A stretch of DNA of 64,000 bases from Arcobacteraceae bacterium (GCA_965224485.1 CBDCZH010000013.1:99290-163289), one strand, 5' to 3'; shown: positions 40,498-51,806, counted from the stretch's first letter. Numbers and translations: made by a program. The notes: generated by a model not told the origin, from the letters alone.

Positions 40498-40825
40498 ATA
40501 TGTTACTTTTTTTATTTTTAACATCACTTAAAAATTCTTCAAGATGATATTTTTTTCTGTAATTTTCACTCATTAAGTGAATAAAAACATCTCCTAAATC
40601 AATAATAGTCCATTCATCATTTTCTTCAACTCTTAAAAATTCTTCACCTTGAGGTTTTAAATCATTTTTTAAATAACTCAATAATGAGTAACCATGTTTT
40701 GAATTTAGTGTTGTTGCAATAATAACGTAATCAACAATATACTCTTTACCTTTTAAGTCAATTATTTCAATATTTTCTGCTTTTTTATCATCTAATATTT
40801 GTTTTATCTTTTCTAATCTATTCAA
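40496..40825 (-). CDS. rsfS: Ribosome silencing factor
   Basis: LDDKKAENI, DYVIIAT, WTIIDLGDVFIHLM..YRKKYHLE. Confidence 0.94.
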   Translation of the reverse strand: MNRLEKIKQILDDKKAENIEIIDLKGKEYIVDYVIIATTLNSKHGYSLLSYLKNDLKPQGEEFLRVEENDEWTIIDLGDVFIHLMSENYRKKYHLEEFLSDVKNKKSNI

Positions 40826-41384
40826 GTTCTTTATCCTTATTTTTAAAGATTTGTTTTAAATCTTTTTTTATTTTATTTGGTATTTCTTTCATATCAAAAG
40901 TATTTCTTATATAGCTTGAGCTAATATTTTTATTTACTTTTAATACTTTTACATTTTTTAAATCTTTTAGTTCTTCTTTTTTAAAACCATTTCGTGTAAC
41001 TACTACTAGTTTTACTAGTTTTTTTATTTTCTTATAATCTTTCCATAAGTGAAAATTATTGTAATTATCAGCTCCAATAATTAAATATATTTTAGAAGTT
41101 TTATATTTCTTTTTTATATATTTAATAGTTTCAATCGAAAAAACTGCTTTTTTTTGCTTCATTTCATAAGAACATATGTGAACTTTTTTCTCTTTTTTAA
41201 AAAGTTTTTTAAGTAAGGTAAATCGTATTTTAGCACTTAGATGTGAGCTGTTTTTTAAAGGATTTAAATATGTTGGAATTAAGAAAAATTTTTCAATTTC
41301 AAGCTTCTTTAATGCCTTATATACTATTCGTTCATGACCTTTATGTATGGGGTCAAAACTACCACCAAAAATAGCTATTTTCAC
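40818..41384 (-). CDS. nadD: Nicotinate-nucleotide adenylyltransferase
   Basis: FGGSFDPIHKGH, LIIGADN, ISSSYIR. Confidence 0.95.
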   Translation of the reverse strand: MKIAIFGGSFDPIHKGHERIVYKALKKLEIEKFFLIPTYLNPLKNSSHLSAKIRFTLLKKLFKKEKKVHICSYEMKQKKAVFSIETIKYIKKKYKTSKIYLIIGADNYNNFHLWKDYKKIKKLVKLVVVTRNGFKKEELKDLKNVKVLKVNKNISSSYIRNTFDMKEIPNKIKKDLKQIFKNKDKELE

Positions 41385-41475
41385 CTGTGTTTACCCTTAT
41401 GTTTTTACTAAAGTAATATTATAGCAAAAATTAGATAAAATCATGTAAATTTAGAATAATGTATAAAGGGTAATA

Positions 41476-42474
41476 ATGGCATTAAAAGTTGCAATAAACG
41501 GCTTTGGAAGAATAGGAAGATGTGTTGCTAGAATAATTTCAAGAAGAGATGATATTGAATTAGTAGCAATAAATGATACGGCTAGCCAAGAGATGTTACA
41601 ATATATAACAAAATATGATACTGTTCATGGAACTTTTGATGGCGAAGTTAAAGTGGAAAATGGTTATTTAAGCATGGGAAATACAAAAGCAAAATTGTAT
41701 TCAACAAGAGATGCTAAAGAATTAGGTTTCTCAAAAGAGTGTGGGGCTGAAGTAATTTTAGAATGTACTGGAGCTTATTTAACTCAAGAAAAATGTCAAG
41801 TTCATCTTGATAATGGAGCTAGCAAAGTTGTTATTTCTGCTCCTGCTAAAGATGATACTCCTACTTTTGTTTTAGGTGTAAATGAGCATGAATATAAGGG
41901 ACAAGATATTGTTTCAAATGCTTCTTGTACTACAAACTGTCTTGGACCTGTTGCTAAAATTATAGATGATGCTTTTGGAATACAAAAAGGTTTAATGACT
42001 ACAATTCATTCTTATACAAATGATCAAAATATTTTAGATGTAAAACATAAATCAGATAAAAGAAGAGCAAGAGCAGGTGCACAAAACATGATACCTACAA
42101 CTACAGGAGCTGCTAAAGCTATGAAGTTAATCATGCCACAACTTGATGGAAAATTACATGGACAAAGTGTAAGAGTTCCAACTCCTAATGTTTCTATGGT
42201 TGATGTGAATTTTGTTGTTTCTAAAAAAACAAGTAAAGAAGAAGTTACTGCTTTATTTAATGCAAAAGCTAAAGAATTAGAAGGTATTGTCTCAGTCGAT
42301 AATGATATGCTAGTTTCAAGTGATTTAATTGGAAATACAAACTCAACAATTATTGCAGGCGATTTAATACAAGTTGTTGGCGGGGATATGATTAAAATAA
42401 TGACTTGGTATGACAATGAGTGGGGTTACTCTTCACGTTTAATTGACATGGCACTTTTTGTTTCTAAGAAATAA
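41476..42474 (+). CDS. gap: Type I glyceraldehyde-3-phosphate dehydrogenase
   Basis: [28 protein letters not shown]. Confidence 0.98.
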   Translation: MALKVAINGFGRIGRCVARIISRRDDIELVAINDTASQEMLQYITKYDTVHGTFDGEVKVENGYLSMGNTKAKLYSTRDAKELGFSKECGAEVILECTGAYLTQEKCQVHLDNGASKVVISAPAKDDTPTFVLGVNEHEYKGQDIVSNASCTTNCLGPVAKIIDDAFGIQKGLMTTIHSYTNDQNILDVKHKSDKRRARAGAQNMIPTTTGAAKAMKLIMPQLDGKLHGQSVRVPTPNVSMVDVNFVVSKKTSKEEVTALFNAKAKELEGIVSVDNDMLVSSDLIGNTNSTIIAGDLIQVVGGDMIKIMTWYDNEWGYSSRLIDMALFVSKK

Positions 42475-42482
42475 GGTTTTTG

Positions 42483-43682
42483 ATGAAATTACAAGAGATT
42501 AAGAATATAGACATAGCAGGTAAAAGAGTTTTTATTAGATGTGATTTTAATGTACCAATGGATGAATACAATAATATTACAGATGATAGAAGAATTAAAT
42601 CAGCACTTAATACTATTAGATACTGTATTGACAATGACTGTAGTATTATTTTAGCTTCACATTTTGGACGTCCTAAAGATAAACATGATGAAAAATGTTC
42701 ACTTAAACCTGTTGCTAAAAGATTGCATACTTTATTAAAGCAAGAAATAAAAATGGCAAAAAATGTTGTACAGCCTGATACTTTAGAAATAGCTTCAAAG
42801 CTTCAAGCTGGTGAAATTTTGCTTTTAGAAAATGTTAGATATAACGCAGGTGAAACTAAAAATGATGAAGAATTTGCTGCTAAATTAGCTTCTATGGCTG
42901 ATATTTATATTAATGATGCTTTTGGAGTTTGTCATAGAGCTCACTCTTCTGTTGAAGCAATTACTAAATATTTTGATAAAAAGCATAAAGCTGCTGGTTT
43001 TTTACTAGCAAAAGAGATTAAGTTTTTTCATCATATTGTTCATGAACCAAAACGACCTTTTGTTTCAATTGTTGGGGGTTCTAAAGTATCTGGAAAATTA
43101 CAGGCTTTATATAACCTAATTCCAAAAGTTGATAAAATTTTAATAGGTGGTGGAATGGCATTTACTTTCTTAAAAGCCCAAGGTCATGAAATTGGAAATT
43201 CTTTAGTAGAAGAAGATTTAATTCCAGAAGCTATTAAAATTATGGATGAGGCTAAGAAACTAGGTGTTAAGTTTTATCTTCCTGTTGATGTAGTTGCTGC
43301 TGAAGCTTTTGATTCTGAAGCAATTGCAAAACTTGTAACTTCTCAAGAAATACCAAAAGATTGGATGGGATTAGATATAGGACCAGCAACTGCTTTACTT
43401 TTTGCTCAAGCCCTAGAAGATGCGAATACTATTTTATGGAATGGCCCTATGGGCGTTTATGAAATGGATAAGTTTGCAAAAGGTAGTACTAAGATATCTC
43501 ATGCAGTTGCTTCTTCATATGCAACAACAGTTGTAGGTGGTGGTGATACTGCTGATTTAGTTAGAATCACAGGTGATGAAGATGAAATGACTTTTATAAG
43601 TACTGGTGGGGGAGCTTCATTAGAATTAATTGAGGGTAAAATTCTTCCAGGTGTAAAAGCTTTACTTATTGAAGGAAATTAA
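42483..43682 (+). CDS. pgk: Phosphoglycerate kinase
   Basis: [37 protein letters not shown]. Confidence 0.98.
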   Translation: MKLQEIKNIDIAGKRVFIRCDFNVPMDEYNNITDDRRIKSALNTIRYCIDNDCSIILASHFGRPKDKHDEKCSLKPVAKRLHTLLKQEIKMAKNVVQPDTLEIASKLQAGEILLLENVRYNAGETKNDEEFAAKLASMADIYINDAFGVCHRAHSSVEAITKYFDKKHKAAGFLLAKEIKFFHHIVHEPKRPFVSIVGGSKVSGKLQALYNLIPKVDKILIGGGMAFTFLKAQGHEIGNSLVEEDLIPEAIKIMDEAKKLGVKFYLPVDVVAAEAFDSEAIAKLVTSQEIPKDWMGLDIGPATALLFAQALEDANTILWNGPMGVYEMDKFAKGSTKISHAVASSYATTVVGGGDTADLVRITGDEDEMTFISTGGGASLELIEGKILPGVKALLIEGN

Positions 43683-44396
43683 ATGATAATTGCAGCTAAT
43701 TTTAAAACTAACCATACAAGAGCTAGTACAAAAGAGTTTGTAGAAGAAGTAAATGAATATTTAAGTAAAAATGATAAAGATTGTAAAAATGATGTTTATA
43801 TTTTTCCCTGCGCAACAGCTTTAGATAAATTTGAAACTGTTTCAAATTTGTCTCTAGGTGTTCAAAATGCTTATGCAGTTTCAAAAGGTTCATTTACAGG
43901 TGAAATTGGAAGTGATCAATTAGAAGAGTTTGAACTTAAAACAATTTTAATAGGTCATAGTGAAAGAAGACATGTTTTAAAAGAAACACAAGAGCAAATA
44001 ACTATTAAGTTTAATTATTATAAAGATTTAGGCTATAAAATTATATATTGTTTAGGTGAACCTTTAGAAGTTAAAAATATATCTTTTGAAGAAACTATGT
44101 CTTATCTTTGGGCACAATTAGATGGTATTGATATTTCTTATGAAAATCTTATCTTAGCTTATGAGCCTGTTTGGGCAATTGGAACAGGAGTAACTGCAAC
44201 TAGTGATGATATAAAAGCAATTCATTTAGCTATTAAAGAGAAGATTGACAAACCACTTTTATATGGTGGTTCTGTAAAAGTTGCAAATGTAAAAGAAATT
44301 TGTGAACTTGAGGGTGTTGATGGGGCTTTAATTGGAACTGCTTCTTGGATTAAAGAAGATTTTATACAAATTCTAGAAAATACAAAGGATATATAG
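43683..44396 (+). CDS. tpiA: Triose-phosphate isomerase
   Basis: AANFK, GHSERR, AYEPVWAIGTG, LYGGSV. Confidence 0.97.
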   Translation: MIIAANFKTNHTRASTKEFVEEVNEYLSKNDKDCKNDVYIFPCATALDKFETVSNLSLGVQNAYAVSKGSFTGEIGSDQLEEFELKTILIGHSERRHVLKETQEQITIKFNYYKDLGYKIIYCLGEPLEVKNISFEETMSYLWAQLDGIDISYENLILAYEPVWAIGTGVTATSDDIKAIHLAIKEKIDKPLLYGGSVKVANVKEICELEGVDGALIGTASWIKEDFIQILENTKDI

Positions 44397-45221
44397 ATGT
44401 TTATGAAGGGCAAAAAAGGTGTTATTTTAGGTGTTGCTAATAATAAGTCAATAGCTTATGGAATTGCTAAAGCTTGTGCCGATCAAGGGGCAGAAATTGC
44501 GTTTACATATTTAAATGATGCTTTAAAGAAAAGAGTTGAACCAATAGCCGCTAGTTTTGGTAGTGAAAATTTAGTATATCCTTGTGATGTATCAAATCCA
44601 GATGAAATCAAAGCTTTAAAAGTTTCTTTAGAAAAAGATATGGGAAAAATTGATTTTATTGTTCATTCAATTGCATTTGCTCCAAAAGATGGTTTAACAG
44701 GAAGATTTTATGATATTCCTAAAACTTCTTTTGATATTGCTATGGATGTATCTGTTTATTCTTTAATAGAAGTAGTACGAGAATTAAAACCAATTATGAG
44801 TGATAACTGTTCAATTTTGACACTTTCATATTATGGTGGAGTTAAATATATTCCAAACTATAATTTAATGGGTGTTGCAAAAGCAGCCTTAGAAATGACT
44901 ACAAAATATCTTGCTGAAGATTTAGGGAAAGATGGAATTAGAGTAAATGCTATTTCTGCAGGACCTATTAAAACTCTAGCAGCTGCTGGAATTGGTGAGT
45001 TTAGATTTATGCTTAAATGGAATGAAGCTCATGCACCATTGAAGAAAAATGTATCTACAAGAGAAGTTGGTAATTCTGGTATGTATTTATTATCTGATTT
45101 AAGCTCAGCTGTTACAGGTGAGATTCATTATGTTGATTGTGGTTACAATATTATGGGTATGCCAGCTACTAAATTTGACGAAAATGGGAAACAAAAGATA
45201 GCATGGAACGGCGATAACTAG
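44397..45221 (+). CDS. fabI: Enoyl-ACP reductase
   Basis: GVANNKSIAYGIA, VHSIAFA, YNLMGVAKAALE, AISAGPIKTLAA. Confidence 0.97.
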   Translation: MFMKGKKGVILGVANNKSIAYGIAKACADQGAEIAFTYLNDALKKRVEPIAASFGSENLVYPCDVSNPDEIKALKVSLEKDMGKIDFIVHSIAFAPKDGLTGRFYDIPKTSFDIAMDVSVYSLIEVVRELKPIMSDNCSILTLSYYGGVKYIPNYNLMGVAKAALEMTTKYLAEDLGKDGIRVNAISAGPIKTLAAAGIGEFRFMLKWNEAHAPLKKNVSTREVGNSGMYLLSDLSSAVTGEIHYVDCGYNIMGMPATKFDENGKQKIAWNGDN

Positions 45222-45360
45222 CAATAAAGCGTAAGCTTTTTGCAAATCTCTGCGTTGAAAAAGAAACTTTAGACACTCACATACCTTTGTATGCTCCTGC
45301 CTAAAGTTTCTTTTCCGCCTTGAGTTTTACTAAAAATCTCACACTTTCTTGCTAGTTATC
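45213..45360. repeat. ERIC-like palindromic intergenic element
   Basis: Terminal IR GATAACTAGCAA/TTGCTAGTTATC; inner IR AAAAGAAACTTTAG/CTAAAGTTTCTTTT; core CTCACATAC-CTTT-GTATGCTCC shared with copies at 51450-51782. Confidence 0.8.
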
Positions 45361-45446
45361 AAGATGAAGTAAAAGTTTTTATTTTGAATTCCAAGAATTC
45401 AAAATTAAAATTTTTAAATTTTAAATTTTTTTATAATAGGATTAGA

Positions 45447-46658
45447 ATGAGTATTAATTTTCAAGAACTAGCGAACAAGTATCAAACACCTTATTATGTT
45501 TATGATTTTGACCATATAACGAAACAATATAATGAACTTAAAGAGGCTTTTAAAGCTAGAAAATCGCTTTTAGCATATGCTGTTAAGGCAAACTCTAATT
45601 TATCTGTTATTAAACATTTAGCAGCGCAAGGAGCGGGGGCTGATTGTGTTTCTATTGGAGAAGTTAAAAGAGCACTTAAGGTTGGAATTGCTCCTTATAA
45701 GATTATCTTTTCTGGTGTTGGGAAAATTGATTCTGAAATTAAACAAGCTTTAGAGCTTAATATTTTAATGATAAATGTAGAGAGTGAAGCTGAATTAGCT
45801 AGAGTTGAAACAATAGCAAAAAGTTTAAGCCTAATAGCTAGGATTTCTATTAGAGTTAATCCAAATATTGATCCAAAAACTCATCCTTATATTTCAACAG
45901 GTTTACATGAAAATAAATTTGGTGTTGATTTAGATACTGCAAAACGTATGTATATTAAGTGTAAAAACTCTGAGTCTTTAGATCCAGTAGGAATTCACTG
46001 TCATATAGGTTCTCAACTTACACAATTAGAACCTATTAAAGAATCTATTGAAATAGTAGCAACCTTAGTTAAAAACTTAAAAGCTGTAAATATTGATATT
46101 TCATTTTTTGATGTTGGTGGTGGTTTAGGTATTGTTTATGATAATGAAACTTTAATAAATACGCAAGAATATGCTCAAATGATTTTAAAAGAGTTATTTG
46201 GTTTTGATATAACAGTAATATGTGAACCAGGTAGATTTTTAGTTGGAAATTGCGGAACTTTTGTTACTAAAGTTTTATATGAAAAAGTAAATGGTGATAA
46301 AAGATTTGTGATTGTTGATGGGGCTATGAATGATTTAATAAGACCTGCTTTATATAATGCTTATCACAAGATCGAAGTTTTAGATAAAAGTGAAGAAGTA
46401 AGTGATTGTAATGTTGTAGGTCCTGTTTGTGAAAGTGGTGATTTTTTTGCAAAGAATATAAATCTTCCTAAAACACAGCATAATGATTTACTTGCAATAT
46501 CTAGTGCAGGGGCTTACTGTTTTACTATGAGCTCAAATTATAATACAAGAGGTAAAGTTGCTGAAATAGCAGTAGAAAATGGAAAAGATAGACTTATTAG
46601 ACAAAGAGAAACCTTTGAAGATTTAATTGCTTTAGAAGAAAAGTTTTTAAATAACTAA
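45447..46658 (+). CDS. lysA: Diaminopimelate decarboxylase
   Basis: YAVKANSN, HPYISTGLHENKFG, HIGSQ, EPGR, GPVCESGD, MSSNYN; ATG 45447 preferred over TTG 45384. Confidence 0.97.
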   Translation: MSINFQELANKYQTPYYVYDFDHITKQYNELKEAFKARKSLLAYAVKANSNLSVIKHLAAQGAGADCVSIGEVKRALKVGIAPYKIIFSGVGKIDSEIKQALELNILMINVESEAELARVETIAKSLSLIARISIRVNPNIDPKTHPYISTGLHENKFGVDLDTAKRMYIKCKNSESLDPVGIHCHIGSQLTQLEPIKESIEIVATLVKNLKAVNIDISFFDVGGGLGIVYDNETLINTQEYAQMILKELFGFDITVICEPGRFLVGNCGTFVTKVLYEKVNGDKRFVIVDGAMNDLIRPALYNAYHKIEVLDKSEEVSDCNVVGPVCESGDFFAKNINLPKTQHNDLLAISSAGAYCFTMSSNYNTRGKVAEIAVENGKDRLIRQRETFEDLIALEEKFLNN

Positions 46659-46659
46659 C

Positions 46660-47439
46660 ATGAGAAAAGCTTTTTTCATTGATGTTCAAGGAACACTTAT
46701 ATCAGACCATGACAAACGTCCAATAAACGGAGCATGTGAATTTATATATGCCTTAAATGAAAAAAATATACCTTATGTAATAATTACAAATAATTCTAAG
46801 AAAAATTCAAAAGATTTTTTACAAAGTTTAAAAGATATGGGTTTAGATATTAAAAACTATATTGACCCTTTTTTTATTTTAAAAGAAGAAGTAAAAGTTA
46901 AAAGATTAGCTGCTTTTGGAACAAAAGAGTTTTTAGAAGTTTTACTTAGTTTAGGATATATTTTAGACTATGAAAATCCTGAGGCTTTAGTTGTTTCTAT
47001 AAAAAAAGATTATACAAATGAAGATTATGCACTTATGATTGAATGTGCTTTTAAAACCAATAACTTAGTAGCCATGCACGATACTTCTACTTATGCAAAA
47101 GATAATAAAAGATACCCAGGTGTTGGTTCAATTATGAAAATGATTTGTAATTGTGTTAATAAAGAGTATACAGTCGTAGGGAAACCTTCTTATAACTTTT
47201 ATAATAAAGCAAAAAATTTAATAGAAGTTGATTTTAAAGATATTACTGTAATCTCAGATGATATGCTGGGTGATTTATTAGGTGCAAAAATCTTAGGAAT
47301 GAAAACATCTTTAGTTCTTTCTGGTAAAATAAAAGATAAAAATGAAATAATACATACACTAAAAGATGAAGAAAAACCTGACTATATTTGTGAAGATATG
47401 AGTGAAGTTTTAAAACTTTTTAATAAGGATGAGATATGA
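46660..47439 (+). CDS. HAD-IIA family hydrolase (NagD-like)
   Basis: FIDVQGTL, ITNNS, VVGKPS, ISDD..GDL.GA..LG. Confidence 0.9.
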   Translation: MRKAFFIDVQGTLISDHDKRPINGACEFIYALNEKNIPYVIITNNSKKNSKDFLQSLKDMGLDIKNYIDPFFILKEEVKVKRLAAFGTKEFLEVLLSLGYILDYENPEALVVSIKKDYTNEDYALMIECAFKTNNLVAMHDTSTYAKDNKRYPGVGSIMKMICNCVNKEYTVVGKPSYNFYNKAKNLIEVDFKDITVISDDMLGDLLGAKILGMKTSLVLSGKIKDKNEIIHTLKDEEKPDYICEDMSEVLKLFNKDEI

Positions 47440-48503
47440 GTGAAGAGGGATTAAACAATTTACGTAATAAATTAGATTCAATTGATAATGACTTATTAAA
47501 ACTACTTAATGAAAGAATGGATATTGTTCATCAAGTTGGAGTTCTAAAAGCTCATAGTGGGGGAAGTATTTATAGACCTGAGAGAGAAAAAGCTATTATA
47601 AATAGACTTGATTCTTTAAATGAAGGTAAGTTAAATAAAGCAGCCATAGAAGCACTTTTTCAAGAAATTTTTGCAATATCAAGAAATTTAGAACTACCTG
47701 AAAATGTAGCATTTTTAGGACCCGCTGGTTCATTTACTCATCAAGCAGCGGAGAGTAGATTTGGGGCTATGAGCGCTTATGTATCTATTGGTTCAATAAA
47801 AGGTATTTTTAGAGAAGTAAGTACTAAAAAAGCTAGATTTGGAGTAATTCCTATTGAGAATTCATCAAATGGAATAGTAAGTGATACAATTTCATGTTTA
47901 AGCAAGTACGACTTAAAAATTATTGCTGAAGTTGTACTTGATATTCATCATACCCTAGCTAGTACTTGTGATAAAATTGGTGATATAAAAAGAATATATT
48001 CAAAAGATATAGCTTTTGACCAATGTAAAAAGTTTTTAGAAAATTTTGGTTTAGATGAAATAGAATTAATTCCAGTAGAGTCAACAACAAAAGCAGCAAA
48101 ATTAGCTTTAAAAGAACCAAATACAGCAGCTATTTGTTCTCATGTTGGGGCTAAGATGTATAATCTTCCTATTTTATTTGAAGATATTGAAGATAAAGAT
48201 AATAATAAAACTAGATTTTTTATAATAAGTGATTTTGAAAATATAAGTTCAGGACATGATAAAACATCTATTTTAGTAAAAATGCCAAATACTCCAGGGG
48301 CTTTAGTTGAGTTCTTAACTGATTTTGATAAAGCAGGAATAAATTTAACTAAGATTAAATCTCATATAGTAGAAGGTAATTCTATCTTTTTTATAGATTT
48401 TAATGGTCATAAAAATGATGAACATATAAAAATTATTTTTAAAAAACATGAAAAAAGCATAAAATTTTTAGGCTCTTATGTAAAAGAAATTGATGATATT
48501 TAA
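47436..48503 (+). CDS. pheA: Chorismate mutase/prephenate dehydratase
   Basis: LRNKLDSID...IYRPEREK; AFLGPAGSFTH, PIENSSNG, NKTRF, ACT domain. Confidence 0.95.
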   Translation: MSEEGLNNLRNKLDSIDNDLLKLLNERMDIVHQVGVLKAHSGGSIYRPEREKAIINRLDSLNEGKLNKAAIEALFQEIFAISRNLELPENVAFLGPAGSFTHQAAESRFGAMSAYVSIGSIKGIFREVSTKKARFGVIPIENSSNGIVSDTISCLSKYDLKIIAEVVLDIHHTLASTCDKIGDIKRIYSKDIAFDQCKKFLENFGLDEIELIPVESTTKAAKLALKEPNTAAICSHVGAKMYNLPILFEDIEDKDNNKTRFFIISDFENISSGHDKTSILVKMPNTPGALVEFLTDFDKAGINLTKIKSHIVEGNSIFFIDFNGHKNDEHIKIIFKKHEKSIKFLGSYVKEIDDI

Positions 48504-48512
48504 GGTAAAGAT

Positions 48513-49634
48513 ATGAAATTTAATAAAGTATTAGATAATTGTAAGGTTTATGAAGCAGGTAAACCAATTGAGCTAGTTGTACGAGAGTATGGAGTAGCTA
48601 AAGAAGATATAATTAAATTAGCTTCAAATGAAAATCCTTATGGAACTTCACCTAAAGTTATAAAAAAAATACAAGAACTAGCAAGTTCTATGTTTATGTA
48701 TCCTGATGATTCTATGTATGAATTAAAAGAAGCTTTAGGAAATAAATTTAATGTTCAAAGCTCTAATGTAATTATAGGAGCTGGTTCAGATCAGATTTTA
48801 GATTTTTGTGTTAAATCTAAATGTTCACATGGTTCTAAAGTTCTTATGAGTAATATTACTTTTGCTATGTATGAAATTTATGCAAAACAAGCAGGTGCAA
48901 TAGTACTTAAAACAAAAAATGATGAACATAATTTAGAGCAATTTTTAGAGATGTATAAAGAGCATAAACCTGATTTAATCTTTTTATGTTTACCAAATAA
49001 TCCTTTAGGTGAGTGTTTGTCTAAAGATGAAGTATATGCTTTTTTAGATCAAATTGATTCAAATACTTTAGTTGTAGTTGATGGAGCTTATCAAGAGTAT
49101 GCTTCTTATAAAGACGCTAAAAAACATATAAGTGCTGATGATTTAATTTCTAAATATCCTAATTGTATTTATTTGGGAACTTTTTCAAAAGCCTATTCTT
49201 TGGGTGGAATGAGAACTGGTTATGGAATTGCTACTAACGAAGTTATACAAGCTTTACTAAAACTTCGTCCTCCTTTTAATATCACAAATCTTTCTTTAGC
49301 AGCAGCTATTGAAGCATTAAAAGATGAAGATTTTGTTCAAGATTCAATAAAAAAGAATTTTATTGAAATGAGTAGATATGAAGAATATGTACAGAAGAAA
49401 GGTTTTTCTTATATACCTTCTTATACAAACTTTATAACTATTAAGTTTGATAATAAGTTTCTTTCAAGTGAAGTAGCCCAAGCTTTATTGCAAAAAGGTA
49501 TAATTATAAGAGATTTAAGTTCTTATGGTTTAAATGCAATTAGAATTACGATTGGTACAAGAAATCAAAATACAAAAGTATTTACCCTTTTAGATGAGGT
49601 TTTACTCTCTTGTGAAAAAAATGAAAATTTATAA
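48513..49634 (+). CDS. hisC: Histidinol-phosphate aminotransferase
   Basis: KLASNENPYG, PNNPLG, DGAYQEY, TFSKAYSLGGMRTGY, RITIG. Confidence 0.95.
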   Translation: MKFNKVLDNCKVYEAGKPIELVVREYGVAKEDIIKLASNENPYGTSPKVIKKIQELASSMFMYPDDSMYELKEALGNKFNVQSSNVIIGAGSDQILDFCVKSKCSHGSKVLMSNITFAMYEIYAKQAGAIVLKTKNDEHNLEQFLEMYKEHKPDLIFLCLPNNPLGECLSKDEVYAFLDQIDSNTLVVVDGAYQEYASYKDAKKHISADDLISKYPNCIYLGTFSKAYSLGGMRTGYGIATNEVIQALLKLRPPFNITNLSLAAAIEALKDEDFVQDSIKKNFIEMSRYEEYVQKKGFSYIPSYTNFITIKFDNKFLSSEVAQALLQKGIIIRDLSSYGLNAIRITIGTRNQNTKVFTLLDEVLLSCEKNENL

Positions 49635-49646
49635 TAAAGATATTTA

Positions 49647-51452
49647 ATGGATATTAAAAATAAAAATCTCTCTGAGTTAGAAATAGTATGCCAAGATATT
49701 AGAGCTAGGATTATTGATGTAGTATCAAGAAAGGGTGGACATTTTTCATCTACTTTAGGTGCGGTTGAATTAACTGTTGCTATGCATAAAGTATTTGATG
49801 TTAAAACAGACCCTTTTATTTATGATGTATCTCATCAGTGTTATGCTCATAAACTGATAAATGATAGATGGGATGAGTTTGAAACAATTAGACAGTTTGG
49901 AGGACTTTCAGGTTTTACAAAACCAAAAGAAAGCAAGGCTGATTATTTTGTAGCAGGACATAGCTCAACATCTATTTCACTTGCACTTGGAGCTGCTAAA
50001 GCCATTAAACTTAAAAAAGAGCAAAGAGTACCTGTTGTTATGATAGGTGATGGTTCTATGACCGCTGGTATGATATATGAGGCATTAAATGAATTAGGTG
50101 ATATAAAACTTCCAGTTGTAATAATTTTAAATGATAATGAAATGAGTATAGCAAAACCAATTGGAGCTATTTCAAAACACTTATCAAAACTACTTGCTGG
50201 AAAAACTTACCAAGGTTTCAAAAGTAGAGTTGATACTTTTATTAAAAAAAATATGCCAGAAGGTACTATTTATATAGCAAAAAGAATGGAAGAAGCTTTA
50301 AAACTTATAACTCCTGGAATCTTATTTGAAGAGTTAGGAATTGATTATATTGGTCCTATTGATGGGCATAACTTAGATGAAATTATTGATACCTTAGAAT
50401 TAGCAAAAAATTTAGGAAAACCTGTAATTGTTCATGCAAGAACAGTAAAAGGTAAGGGTTATAAAATAGCAGAAGGCCATCATGAACATTGGCATGGAGT
50501 TGGACCTTTTGATGTTAAAACAGGTGAATTTATAAAAAAAGATGCTCCAAAAAGTGCAACTGCTATTTTTGCAGATGCTTTAAATGAACTTGCAAGTAAA
50601 CATGAAAATGTAGTTGGGGTAACAGCTGCAATGCCAAGTGGAACTGGAATTAATAAACTAATGAAAAACTTTCCTGAGAGATTTTGGGATGTTGCAATTG
50701 CTGAACAACATGCAGTAACGTCAATGGCAGCTATGGCAAAAGAAGGCTTCAAACCATATATCACTATTTATTCAACTTTTTTACAAAGAGGATTTGACCA
50801 AATAGTTCATGATGTATGTTTAATGAATCTTCCTGTAGTTTTTGCAATTGATAGGGCTGGAACTGTTGGAAATGATGGGGAAACTCATCAAGGTGCTTTT
50901 GATATAAGTTTTTTAAGATTCTTACCAAATATGATTTTAATGGCACCAAGAGATGAAAAAACTCTAATAGATGCAATTAACTTTTCCTATAAACTTAGAA
51001 GTCCTTGTGCCTTAAGATACCCAAGAGGTTCTTTTGAAAACCTAGACTTTGTTAATGAGCCTTTTATTCTAGGAAAAGCACAAGTTCTTAAAGAAGGAAC
51101 AAGTAAAAAACTTTTTATAGGATATGGAGCAGGGGTAAGTAGAGCAGTTAAAACAGAAGCTTTACATGAAGAAGATATTGCTATTGTTGATTTAAGATTT
51201 GTAAAACCACTAGATTGTGAGACTTTAAAAAACCTTGCATTTAAATACAATGATTGGTATGTTTTCTCTGATTCACAAAAACAAGGTGGAGTAGGTTCTG
51301 CCGTTCTAGAGTTTTTAAATGAAGAAAATATAAAAGATGTAAAACTAACATCATTTGAGTATAAAGATGTTTTTATACAACATGGGAATACGCCACAAGT
51401 TGAAGAGAGTTTGGGTCTACTACCACACCAACTAGCAAAGAGAGTAAAATAA
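49647..51452 (+). CDS. dxs: 1-deoxy-D-xylulose-5-phosphate synthase
   Basis: GGHFSSTLG, GHSSTSIS, IGDGSMTAGMIYEALN, DVAIAEQHAVT, DGETHQG. Confidence 0.98.
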   Translation: MDIKNKNLSELEIVCQDIRARIIDVVSRKGGHFSSTLGAVELTVAMHKVFDVKTDPFIYDVSHQCYAHKLINDRWDEFETIRQFGGLSGFTKPKESKADYFVAGHSSTSISLALGAAKAIKLKKEQRVPVVMIGDGSMTAGMIYEALNELGDIKLPVVIILNDNEMSIAKPIGAISKHLSKLLAGKTYQGFKSRVDTFIKKNMPEGTIYIAKRMEEALKLITPGILFEELGIDYIGPIDGHNLDEIIDTLELAKNLGKPVIVHARTVKGKGYKIAEGHHEHWHGVGPFDVKTGEFIKKDAPKSATAIFADALNELASKHENVVGVTAAMPSGTGINKLMKNFPERFWDVAIAEQHAVTSMAAMAKEGFKPYITIYSTFLQRGFDQIVHDVCLMNLPVVFAIDRAGTVGNDGETHQGAFDISFLRFLPNMILMAPRDEKTLIDAINFSYKLRSPCALRYPRGSFENLDFVNEPFILGKAQVLKEGTSKKLFIGYGAGVSRAVKTEALHEEDIAIVDLRFVKPLDCETLKNLAFKYNDWYVFSDSQKQGGVGSAVLEFLNEENIKDVKLTSFEYKDVFIQHGNTPQVEESLGLLPHQLAKRVK

Positions 51453-51782
51453 AAGCCAGCTTTGATTCAATCTCCGCGTTAAGAAATAATTTTAAAATTA
51501 CGCACAAAGTTTTCCTTTGTTTCTGTACTATTCGTACACTCCGCTTTTAAAATCATCTCTCGCCTTGACCTAGAATAAAATCTGACTTTTACATAAAAAG
51601 CTATATTTTACCTCTATCTTCGTTATCGCAAAAATTCAATTACTCACATACTGAAGTATGCTCCTAATTAAATTTCCACTCTGGCCTTGATAAAGAAAAA
51701 ATATAGCTTTTTCTTTCACTCTCTTTTATGGGATATAAAGCCAGCTTTGATTCAATCTCCGTGTTATCGCAAAAATCCAATT
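51450..51782. repeat. Tandem cluster of ERIC-like elements (two full copies, one partial)
   Basis: Copy 1 51450-51591, copy 2 51595-51712, partial 51736-51782; shared CGTT...CAC..AC/GTA..CTCC...GCCTTGA motifs. Confidence 0.75.
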
Positions 51783-51806
51783 TTTATAGTTATTTAAAAA
51801 TAAAAC

